Source: Myxococcota bacterium (GTDB lineage Bacteria; Myxococcota_A; UBA9160; JAFDDA01). From it: DNA of 64,000 nt. Position numbers and translations under genes: made by a program. Shown here piece after piece: positions 27,252 to 35,292 of this stretch; the first letter of the stretch is position 1, and each line of letters opens with the position of its first letter. A model generated the notes under the pieces. The model was given only the letters and a program-made list of their open reading frames with translations. It had not been told where the DNA came from and did not search any database. The stretch lies in the NCBI GenBank assembly GCA_965228475.1, contig OZ245817.1, positions 3,936,001 through 4,000,000 of the forward strand, given 5' to 3'.

Positions 27252-28001
27252 ATGGATCGTTTCGAGGGAAAGGTCGCACTCGTCACGGGAGCCGCCTCGG
27301 GCATCGGCCGCGCGACGGCGGAGCGGCTCGCCGCCGAGGGCGCCCGCGTCGTCTGCGGCGACGTCCAGGAGGAGGCGCTCTCGGCGACGGTCGGCGCCAT
27401 CATGAAGGCCGGCGGCACCGCTACGGCCCTCGCCTGCGACGTCTCGGACAACGCGGCATGCGTCGGGGCCGTCGAACGGGCGATCGAGACCTACGGCCAG
27501 CTCGACGTGCTCTGCAACATCGCGGGCATCCTCCACTTCGAGCACAGCCACGAGCACACGCTCGACGTCTGGAAGCGGGTCCTCGACGTGAACCTCACGG
27601 GCACGTTCCAGCTCTGCCAGGCGGCGCTGCCCGAGCTGCTCCGCACGAAGGGCAACATCGTGAACATGGCCTCGGTCGCCGCGAGCAAGGGCCACGCCTG
27701 GTCGGCCGCGTACGCCGCTTCGAAGGGCGGCGTCGTCGGCCTGACGCTCACGCTGGCCGTCGAGTACGGCAAGCAGGGCGTCCGGACCAACGCGATCAGC
27801 CCCGGCTCGATCGACACGCCGATCCAGAAGGCCTTCCGCCTGCCCGACGGCGCCAACCCGAAGCTCCTCGAGCGCATCCTGCCGCTCTCCGGATTCGGCT
27901 CGCCCGAGACCTGCGCCGCCGCCATCGCCTTCCTCGCCTCCGACGACGCCGTGCACGTGAACGGCGCGAACCTCGTCGTCGACGGCGGCATGAGCATCTA
28001 G
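27252..28001 (+). CDS. SDR family oxidoreductase
   Basis: TGAASGIG, NIAGI and YAASK motifs. Confidence 0.93.
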   Translation: MDRFEGKVALVTGAASGIGRATAERLAAEGARVVCGDVQEEALSATVGAIMKAGGTATALACDVSDNAACVGAVERAIETYGQLDVLCNIAGILHFEHSHEHTLDVWKRVLDVNLTGTFQLCQAALPELLRTKGNIVNMASVAASKGHAWSAAYAASKGGVVGLTLTLAVEYGKQGVRTNAISPGSIDTPIQKAFRLPDGANPKLLERILPLSGFGSPETCAAAIAFLASDDAVHVNGANLVVDGGMSI

Positions 28002-28004
28002 GCC

Positions 28005-28814
28005 ATGTCAGCGGGGGTGTCAGCGGGAAGCCTCGCCCTTCCGCCGCGCATCGGCCGCTACGAGCGGACCGTGGACGGCTCGCTCGAGCGGGTCTGGGAG
28101 AACGTCCACGATTGGGAACACCTCCCCTGGCTCCACCGCTCGAGCTTCCGCTCGATTGCGCTCCTCGAATCCGGCGACTGGGGATGGCGGGCGCGGCTCG
28201 GCCTGCCCGGCCAGCCCGACGATGCCGGCGTCGTGATCGAGCTCCGCCGCCGCCCGGGCGAGCTCGCCTACGACGTCACGACGCTCGAAGGCGCCGGGAC
28301 CGGCAACGTTGTGGCGACGCGGCTCGAGGAGCTCGGACCGGAGCGCGTGGGCGTCGAGGTGGGCTTCCACGCGCCGGGCATCGGCGACGCGGCGGCGGGC
28401 CCGATCGGCGACGCCTTCGCCGCGCTCTACGAACGGCTCTGGGACGAAGACCAGGAGATGATCGCGGGCCGAGCCGCGGCCCTCGCCTGCCCTCCGCCGC
28501 GCGTCCCTTCCGGAGCCGAGGCCGAGCTCGGAGAGCGCGCCCGCCTAGAGACGCCCCTCGATTTCGCCCTCGCGGGCCGGCGCTTCCGGCTCGTCGAGAT
28601 CGACGGGGAACTGTTCGCGCACGACGCCACCTGCCCGCACCGGCTCGGCCCGCTCACCGGTGCGCCGGACGAGCAGGGGCACGTCGTCTGCCCCTGGCAC
28701 GGATACGCCTTCGATGTGCGCAGCGGCCGCTCCGCCGACGGACGCGGATTGCGCCTCGCCCCCGCGCCGCGCGTCGAGATCGTCGACGGCCGGGTCCGCG
28801 TCGTCGCCCCTTAG
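28005..28814 (+). CDS. Rieske oxygenase-like protein with catalytic-type domain N-terminal and Rieske [2Fe-2S] domain C-terminal
   Basis: ENVHDWEHLPWLH and DEDQEMI in the N-terminal half; CPH-x16-CPWH in the C-terminal half. Confidence 0.8.
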   Translation: MSAGVSAGSLALPPRIGRYERTVDGSLERVWENVHDWEHLPWLHRSSFRSIALLESGDWGWRARLGLPGQPDDAGVVIELRRRPGELAYDVTTLEGAGTGNVVATRLEELGPERVGVEVGFHAPGIGDAAAGPIGDAFAALYERLWDEDQEMIAGRAAALACPPPRVPSGAEAELGERARLETPLDFALAGRRFRLVEIDGELFAHDATCPHRLGPLTGAPDEQGHVVCPWHGYAFDVRSGRSADGRGLRLAPAPRVEIVDGRVRVVAP

Positions 28815-28817
28815 GCG

Positions 28818-30179
28818 CTAGGCGGTCAGCTGCGCGAGGGAGAGCGTCGCGAAGGAAAGCGCCAGGAAGAATCCGCACATGTCCGTCACGGTGGTCAGGA
28901 TCGGGCCCGAGGCGAGCGCCGGGTCGAAGCCGAAGCGCCGGAGCAGCAGCGGCACGATCCCCCCGATCGAGACGGCGACGAGCGTGTTCAACGCGAGCGC
29001 GGCGCCGACGACGACGCCGAGCACCAGGCTGCCCTTCCAGAACCACGCCACGCCGCCGATCAGCGTCCCGAGCACGAGGCCGTTCAAGCAGCCGACCGAC
29101 GCCTCCTGCCACCACACGCGCAGGTACTCCTTCGGCTTGAGCACGCCGAGGGTCAGCTCCCGCAGACTGACCGCGACCGCTTGGTTCCCCGAGCAGCCGC
29201 TCATGTCCGAGATGATCGGCAGGAACATGGCCAGGGTGATCACCGCAGCGAGGGTCTCTTCGTAGGCCGCGATCACGCTCGCGGCGATCAGGTTCAGGAA
29301 GATGTTGATCGAGAGCCACGCGAGCCGCCGGCGCGAACGGTGCAGCACCGGCATGGAGCGGAGCTCCTCGCCGCCGACGATGCCGCGGGCCTTGCGCTGA
29401 TCCGCCTGCACGCTTTCGAGCCGCGCCTCGTCGACGTCTTCGCGGAGCAGGATCCCGACCATCCGGTCCGTCTCGTCGACGACGGGAATCCCGAGGAAGC
29501 GGTTCTGCTCGAAGACCTCGAAGATCTCATCGAGGTTCGCCGTCGCGAGCAGCGTCGTGGGAGAGGGGATCATGAGCGACGCCAGGGAGACATCCGGGCG
29601 CGCAAGCAGCAGCCCCCGCAGCGGCAGCACGCCGAGCAGTTCGCCGCGCACGCCGAGCGCGTAGACGTACTGCACCGAGTAGTCCGAGTAGCGCTCCGCG
29701 TTCTCCTGGAGATGGCCGACCAGCTCGCGCACCGTCGCCGACGCCGGGACCGCGACGTACTCGGTGATCATGCGCCCGCCGGCGCTGTCCTCCGGGTAGC
29801 GGAGGATGGCCCGCAGCGATTCCGCCGCCTCGGGCTCGGCCGCCTCGAGGATCGCCTCGGCGGTCGCATCGGGAAGGTGCCCGACGATGTCCGCTCGATC
29901 GTCGCTGTGGACCGCCTCGAGGATGTCGGCCGCGTCCTCGGCCGGCAGCACCTCCACCGCCTCCGCCGCCTGCTGCTCCGGAAGCTCCTCGAGCAGATCC
30001 GCGGCCTGCTCGACGGGCAGGGCCCCGAGCACCTTGGCCCGGTCCTCGGCTTCGAGGTGGGCCAGGGCGTGGGCGCCGTCCCCTTCCTCGGCCTGGTCGA
30101 GCTGGGAGGCGAGCGCCTCCGCATCGCCGGCCTCCGCGGCCTCGAGCAGGTCGTCCCACAGTTCGTTTTCTTCGGCCAA
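28818..30179 (-). CDS. mgtE: Magnesium transporter MgtE
   Basis: Acidic N-domain, YPEDSAGGRM, CBS pair, GCSGNQ and DPALASGPILTTVTD. Confidence 0.95.
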   Translation of the reverse strand: MAEENELWDDLLEAAEAGDAEALASQLDQAEEGDGAHALAHLEAEDRAKVLGALPVEQAADLLEELPEQQAAEAVEVLPAEDAADILEAVHSDDRADIVGHLPDATAEAILEAAEPEAAESLRAILRYPEDSAGGRMITEYVAVPASATVRELVGHLQENAERYSDYSVQYVYALGVRGELLGVLPLRGLLLARPDVSLASLMIPSPTTLLATANLDEIFEVFEQNRFLGIPVVDETDRMVGILLREDVDEARLESVQADQRKARGIVGGEELRSMPVLHRSRRRLAWLSINIFLNLIAASVIAAYEETLAAVITLAMFLPIISDMSGCSGNQAVAVSLRELTLGVLKPKEYLRVWWQEASVGCLNGLVLGTLIGGVAWFWKGSLVLGVVVGAALALNTLVAVSIGGIVPLLLRRFGFDPALASGPILTTVTDMCGFFLALSFATLSLAQLTA

Positions 30180-30301
30180 GGTGATCTCCTTGCCTTGGGG
30201 GATAGCGGCGACACCGGAGTCTGGCGAGGCGAAACGTCGAAGTTGACAGGGACCTCGGCGACCCGATACTCGGGCCGTCCCGCCGGGATGGAGGCCGATC
30301 G

Positions 30302-30526
30302 GTGAGCTGGGCCCGCGTGAAGTTCTGGTCCGCCCTCGCGTGGATCCTCCTCCTGCTCGTCTTCACGGTGCAAAACACCGAGGTCGTCGAGGTCCGGTTC
30401 CTCTTCTGGAGCCTCGCGATCTCCCGGGCCACCCTGCTGGTCGGCGTGTTCGCGATGGGCCTCGCACTCGGCTGGATCGTGAGCGGACTTCGGCACGGCC
30501 ATCGCGAGGCGAAACAAGAGAAGTGA
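30302..30526 (+). CDS. LapA-family (DUF1049) small membrane protein
   Basis: FTVQNTEVVEVRFLFW between two TM helices; 74 aa. Confidence 0.8.
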   Translation: MSWARVKFWSALAWILLLLVFTVQNTEVVEVRFLFWSLAISRATLLVGVFAMGLALGWIVSGLRHGHREAKQEK

Positions 30527-30536
30527 GGCGGACCCG

Positions 30537-32798
30537 TTGAGCGAATCGCGAAGGACCCGAGCGGGCATACGGATCGCATCGAGCCTGCTGGCGGGGATGC
30601 TCCTGTTCGCTCCGGCCTCGGCCCAGGTCCGCCTCCCCGGAACGGACGCGGGTTCCTCGAGCAAGGAAGAGGCCGCTCCCGTCAGCCCCGAGACGCTCGC
30701 CGAAGAGCGGGCCCGGCTGGCCGAGGCGGTCGAGGCGCTTCGCGCGACCGCCAACGGGGGTGAGGCGGGAACCGCGGCCCGGGAGCGTCTGGCCCTGCTC
30801 GAACGCCTGGACCGGACGCTCGCGGCCCACCAGGAAAGTCTCGAGCGGCTGGCCGAGCAGTCGCGGCCCGATCTGTCGGGAACCAACCTGCTCGGCGGCG
30901 AGCCGCCCTACCCCTTCGCGCTCTACGAAGCGACCAGCCAGGCCCTCGACATCCATCGGCGCCAGCTGCGCCTGCTCGAAGGCCAGGCAAAGTCGCGACG
31001 CGACGAGATCGAGCGCCTGGCCACGCAGGTCGAGATCGCCGAGCGGGACCGCCGCCGGGCCAAGGAGCGCGTCGAGACGGAGGCCGACGTTCTCGCGCGG
31101 GCGGAGTGGACCGAGACCCTGCGACGGCTCGAGATCGAGAGCCGGCTCGCCCAGGCCGAGCTCGCCCGGGTCCGCACCGAGGCCGCTCTCGAAGGCAGCG
31201 AACTCGAGGCCCAGCGGGAGCAGGCCGACCTCCTCGAGGCCACGCTCTCGCAGATCCGATCCCGGCTCGCCGTCACCCGATTCGACCTCGACGAGCCGCT
31301 GAACCGGATCACCCTGCGCGAAGAGAAGGCCAAGGAACAGAGCGAGCGCGCCCGGACGCAGCTCGCGGCAGCCGAGCAACGCCTCGCTGCCCTGCAGGAG
31401 CGCATCGATGGCTTGACCGCCCTGCCCGAGCCGCTCCGGGCGGAGCTCGAGGCGCGGCGCGCGCAGCGCCGCCTGGCCGAGACCCGCATCGCGGTCGCCG
31501 AGTCCCGCCTCGAGCAGCTCTCTCTCGAGCGCACGATCTGGGAGCGCAGGGTCCAGGCGCTGCGGGGCGCTTCCCGGGAAGAGGTCACGGCCTGGGCCGG
31601 CGAAGCGGACCGCGAGCTCGACCGCATGCGGCGGATCGAGCGCCTCGAGGCCACGCACCGCGACGCTCTGGACCAGGAGCTCGGACGGCTGCGGGCGAAC
31701 CTCGAGACCGCGGACGCCGCGAGTCTCCCGTGGGTCCGGGAGGAACTCCAGGCCGTCGAGTCCATGCGCGGTGAGCACGACACTGCCGTCGGCGACGCCG
31801 CAGCGAGCCGCGCGTTTCTCCAGCGCACGATCGCCGACTTCCGGCCGGAGGAGCGGGACCTCGATGCCGGCGCACGGATGCGCTCGCTTGCGACGCGCGC
31901 CCGCGACCTGTGGGATCGGGAACTGTTCGTCGTCGACGACCGTTCGATCACGCTCGGCAAGGTCGCGATCGCCTCGATCCTGTTCATCCTCGGCATCTCC
32001 GCCTCGCGACTCATCTCCCGCCTGATCTGGCGATTGATCTACCGGCGCGCCTTCGAGCCCGGAGCCGCGCTCGCCTTCCAGAGCCTGACGTTCTATGCGC
32101 TCCTGGTCGCCTTCTTCCTGATCGCGCTTCGTACGGTGAACATTCCGCTGACGGCCTTCGCGCTGCTCGGCGGTGCGCTCGCCATCGGCCTGGGTTTCGG
32201 CAGCCAGAACGTGATCGGGAACTTCATCGGCGGCCTGATCCTGCTCGTGGAGCGGCCGATCAAGGTGGGCGACATCGTCGAGGTCGACGGCGTGACGGGC
32301 ATCATCGACCGCGTCGGCCCACGCAGCACCCAGATCCGGACCTTCGACAATCTCCACATCATCGTTCCGAACAGCCTCCTGCTCGAGCAGAAGGTCGTGA
32401 ACTGGAACCTCACGGACGACACCGTTCGGCGTCAGGTGATGGTGGGCGTCGCCTACGACGCGCCCGTCCGGGAGGTCACGAAGCTCATCCGTCGCGCCAT
32501 CGACGAGCACGGCCGAATCCTGAACCAGCCCGAACCACGCATCCTCTTCCACGACTTCGGCGACAGCGCCCTCGTGTTCCGCGCCCTCTTCTGGCTGAAG
32601 ATCGAGACGAACGTCAGCATGATCGAGATCGAGAGCGATCTGCGTCACCGCATCTTCAACCTCTTCAACGAGGCGGGGATCACGATCTCGTTCCCGCAGC
32701 GGGACGTCCACCTCGACGCCACGGGCCCGATCGAGGTACGGATGCTCCCGCCCGACGCGCCGCAGGAGAGCGGCGGGAAGGCCGGGGAAGAGCGCTAG
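30537..32798 (+). CDS. Mechanosensitive channel of small conductance with large periplasmic coiled coil (MscK-like)
   Basis: Signal peptide, long coiled coil, GLGFGSQNVIGNFIGG, ERPIKVGD, IIVPNS and GITISFPQRDVH. Confidence 0.92.
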   Translation: MSESRRTRAGIRIASSLLAGMLLFAPASAQVRLPGTDAGSSSKEEAAPVSPETLAEERARLAEAVEALRATANGGEAGTAARERLALLERLDRTLAAHQESLERLAEQSRPDLSGTNLLGGEPPYPFALYEATSQALDIHRRQLRLLEGQAKSRRDEIERLATQVEIAERDRRRAKERVETEADVLARAEWTETLRRLEIESRLAQAELARVRTEAALEGSELEAQREQADLLEATLSQIRSRLAVTRFDLDEPLNRITLREEKAKEQSERARTQLAAAEQRLAALQERIDGLTALPEPLRAELEARRAQRRLAETRIAVAESRLEQLSLERTIWERRVQALRGASREEVTAWAGEADRELDRMRRIERLEATHRDALDQELGRLRANLETADAASLPWVREELQAVESMRGEHDTAVGDAAASRAFLQRTIADFRPEERDLDAGARMRSLATRARDLWDRELFVVDDRSITLGKVAIASILFILGISASRLISRLIWRLIYRRAFEPGAALAFQSLTFYALLVAFFLIALRTVNIPLTAFALLGGALAIGLGFGSQNVIGNFIGGLILLVERPIKVGDIVEVDGVTGIIDRVGPRSTQIRTFDNLHIIVPNSLLLEQKVVNWNLTDDTVRRQVMVGVAYDAPVREVTKLIRRAIDEHGRILNQPEPRILFHDFGDSALVFRALFWLKIETNVSMIEIESDLRHRIFNLFNEAGITISFPQRDVHLDATGPIEVRMLPPDAPQESGGKAGEER

Positions 32799-33241
32799 CG
32801 GCGGCCCGCGGGCTTGCCGAGCAGGTTCCGGTGCGCGACGTCGACGTAGACGCGTCCGAGCGCCGTTCTGCCGAGCAGCACGCGGTGGATCATCTTGCTG
32901 CGGTCGACGAGGCTGAACTCGACCTCGCGCTCGAGCGGGCCGAGACGCATCGTCGTGCTGACGAACCAGCGGGTCTCGTACTCGCCGTTGCTCGAGCGGA
33001 CCCGGGAGCGGCGGCGGACCCGGGCCGTCACGCGCTTGCGCCGGCTCCGCTTCTTGCGGTCGAGGACGACGTCGAAGGCCACGCGGCCCCGGCCGAGCTG
33101 CTCGATCTCGTCGACGTGGAGAGCGCTCGAGCGAGCGCCGGTGTCCATCTTGGCGCGAACGGCGCGGATGCCCCACTCGGGGAGGGCCACGTACTCCGTC
33201 CAGCCCACGATGAGCGCGCCGTCGGGCCAGGCCCGGCGCAC
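32795..33241 (-). CDS. RimK-associated putative protease (RimB-like, retropepsin-like fold); start may be 33316
   Basis: [30 protein letters not shown] and LLGRTAL. Confidence 0.85.
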   Translation of the reverse strand: MRRAWPDGALIVGWTEYVALPEWGIRAVRAKMDTGARSSALHVDEIEQLGRGRVAFDVVLDRKKRSRRKRVTARVRRRSRVRSSNGEYETRWFVSTTMRLGPLEREVEFSLVDRSKMIHRVLLGRTALGRVYVDVAHRNLLGKPAGRR

Positions 33242-33310
33242 GGCCGGTTTCTCGCCGGGGACGCCCGGAAGCCGGGAGCGCGCCTTCTTTGCCCTGCTAC
33301 CGTCGGGTCC

Positions 33311-34360
33311 GTGCACGACGGCGGCGATCCTATCACAGTGGCGGGGGTCCGAGTCGATCCGGGCGAACGCGAACGCATCGACGTCCCGGTCGCCCGGTCC
33401 TACGGGCGGGAGTCGACGCTCCCCGTGATCGTCGTCAACGGAAGGCACCCGGGCCCGCACCTTTTCGTCTCGGCGGCGATCCACGGCGACGAGATCAACG
33501 GCGTCGAGATCATCCGCCGGCTGCTCGGCACCCAGTTCATGAAGCGCATCCACGGAGCGCTGATCGCCGTCCCGGTGGTGAACGTCTATGGGTTCACCGC
33601 GCAGAGCCGCTACCTGCCCGACCGGCGCGACCTGAACCGGGCGTTTCCCGGCTCACCGAAGGGCTCCCTCGCCTCGCGCCTCGCCCACGCCTTCATGGGC
33701 GAAGTCGTGAGCCAGGCCACCCACGGGATCGATCTCCACACCGGCTCGAACCACCGCACCAACCTGCCCCAGATCCGCGCCTGCCTCGACCAGAAGGAGA
33801 CCGCCCGGCTGGCGATGGCCTTCGGCTGCCCGGTCGTCCTGAACGCGGATCTCCGGGACGGGTCGCTCCGCCAGGCGGTCATGGAAAAGCAGGTCCCGAT
33901 GCTGCTCTACGAAGCCGGCGAGGCGCTGCGCTTCGACGAGGTCGCCATCCGCGCCGGCGTGCGGGGCGTGCTTTCGGTGATGCGCGCGATCGGCATGCTG
34001 AAGGCGGGGGCGAAGAAGCCGACCGACGTGAAGCCGCTCGTGGCGCGGCGCAGCCAGTGGGTCCGGGCCGCCTCGAGCGGCACGCTCCGCACCCACGTCG
34101 CCCTCGGCGCTCGCGTGGCGCGCGGAGACGAGCTCGGGTTCATCGCGGACCCCCTCGCGGGCGGCGAGACCGCCGTGACCGCACCGGCGGCGGGCATCGT
34201 GATCGGCCGCACGAACCTGCCGCTCGTGAACGAAGGCGATGCCCTCTATCATCTCGCGCTGTTCGGCCGGCCGCGGAAGGCGGCGGCCGGCATCGAAACC
34301 TTCCACGCAGAGCTCGACGTCGGACAGCCGTCGCCCTCTGGGGAGCCTCCGATCGTCTGA
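33311..34360 (+). CDS. Succinylglutamate desuccinylase/aspartoacylase family protein
   Basis: [23 protein letters not shown] and YEAGE; C-terminal biotinyl-lipoyl-like segment. Confidence 0.9.
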   Translation: MHDGGDPITVAGVRVDPGERERIDVPVARSYGRESTLPVIVVNGRHPGPHLFVSAAIHGDEINGVEIIRRLLGTQFMKRIHGALIAVPVVNVYGFTAQSRYLPDRRDLNRAFPGSPKGSLASRLAHAFMGEVVSQATHGIDLHTGSNHRTNLPQIRACLDQKETARLAMAFGCPVVLNADLRDGSLRQAVMEKQVPMLLYEAGEALRFDEVAIRAGVRGVLSVMRAIGMLKAGAKKPTDVKPLVARRSQWVRAASSGTLRTHVALGARVARGDELGFIADPLAGGETAVTAPAAGIVIGRTNLPLVNEGDALYHLALFGRPRKAAAGIETFHAELDVGQPSPSGEPPIV

Positions 34361-35280
34361 TGGGTGACAAGAAACTGAAGATCGCCGTTCTTTCACGGGG
34401 GCCGCAGCTCTACTCGACCCGCCGACTCGTCGAGGCCGCCGAGAAGGCGGGCCATGAGGCCCACGTCATGGACCCGCTGCGCTGCTACATGGACATCACG
34501 TCCCACGACCCGGCGATCCACTACAAGGGCAAGGAGCTCGAGGGCTTCGACGCGGTGATCCCGCGCATCGGCGCGTCCATCACGTTCTACGGGACGGCGG
34601 TACTTCGCCAGTTCGAGATGATGAACGTGTTCACGGTGAACGAATCCGTGGCCATCTCTCGCTCCCGCGACAAGCTGCGGTCCCTTCAGCTGCTCTCGCG
34701 CAAGGGGATCGGCCTGCCGGTCACGGGCTTCGCGCACTCGACGCGTTACACGGCGGACCTGATCGACCTCGTCGGCGGTGCACCACTGGTCGTGAAGCTG
34801 CTCGAGGGCACCCAGGGCATGGGCGTCGTCCTGTGCGAAACCAAGAAGGCCGCCGAGAGCGTGATCGACGCCTTCCGGGAACTCGACGCCCAGTTCATGG
34901 TGCAGGAGTTCATCAAGGAGGCCGGCGGTTCGGACATCCGCGCGCTCGTCGTCGGCGGAAAGGTCGTCGGCGCCATGATGCGCACCGGCCAGGAGGGGGA
35001 GTTCCGCTCGAACCTCCATCGCGGTGGATCGGCCAAGGTCATCAAGATCACGCCGGAAGAACGCAGCACGGCGGTGCGATCGGCGAAGATCATGGGCCTG
35101 AACGTTGCCGGCGTCGACATCCTCCGCTCGAAGCACGGGCCGGTCGTGATGGAGGTGAACTCCTCTCCCGGGCTCGAGGGCATCGAGGCGGCCACCGAGA
35201 AGGACATCGCCGGCAAGATCATCGACTTCATCGAGAGCAACGCGAGCCCCGGCAAGACGAAGACCCGCGGAAAGGGCTGA
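34360..35280 (+). CDS. rimK: Ribosomal protein S6--L-glutamate ligase RimK (ATP-grasp)
   Basis: [40 protein letters not shown] and [12 protein letters not shown]. Confidence 0.95.
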   Translation: MGDKKLKIAVLSRGPQLYSTRRLVEAAEKAGHEAHVMDPLRCYMDITSHDPAIHYKGKELEGFDAVIPRIGASITFYGTAVLRQFEMMNVFTVNESVAISRSRDKLRSLQLLSRKGIGLPVTGFAHSTRYTADLIDLVGGAPLVVKLLEGTQGMGVVLCETKKAAESVIDAFRELDAQFMVQEFIKEAGGSDIRALVVGGKVVGAMMRTGQEGEFRSNLHRGGSAKVIKITPEERSTAVRSAKIMGLNVAGVDILRSKHGPVVMEVNSSPGLEGIEAATEKDIAGKIIDFIESNASPGKTKTRGKG

Positions 35281-35292
35281 GCCCACGCGGGA

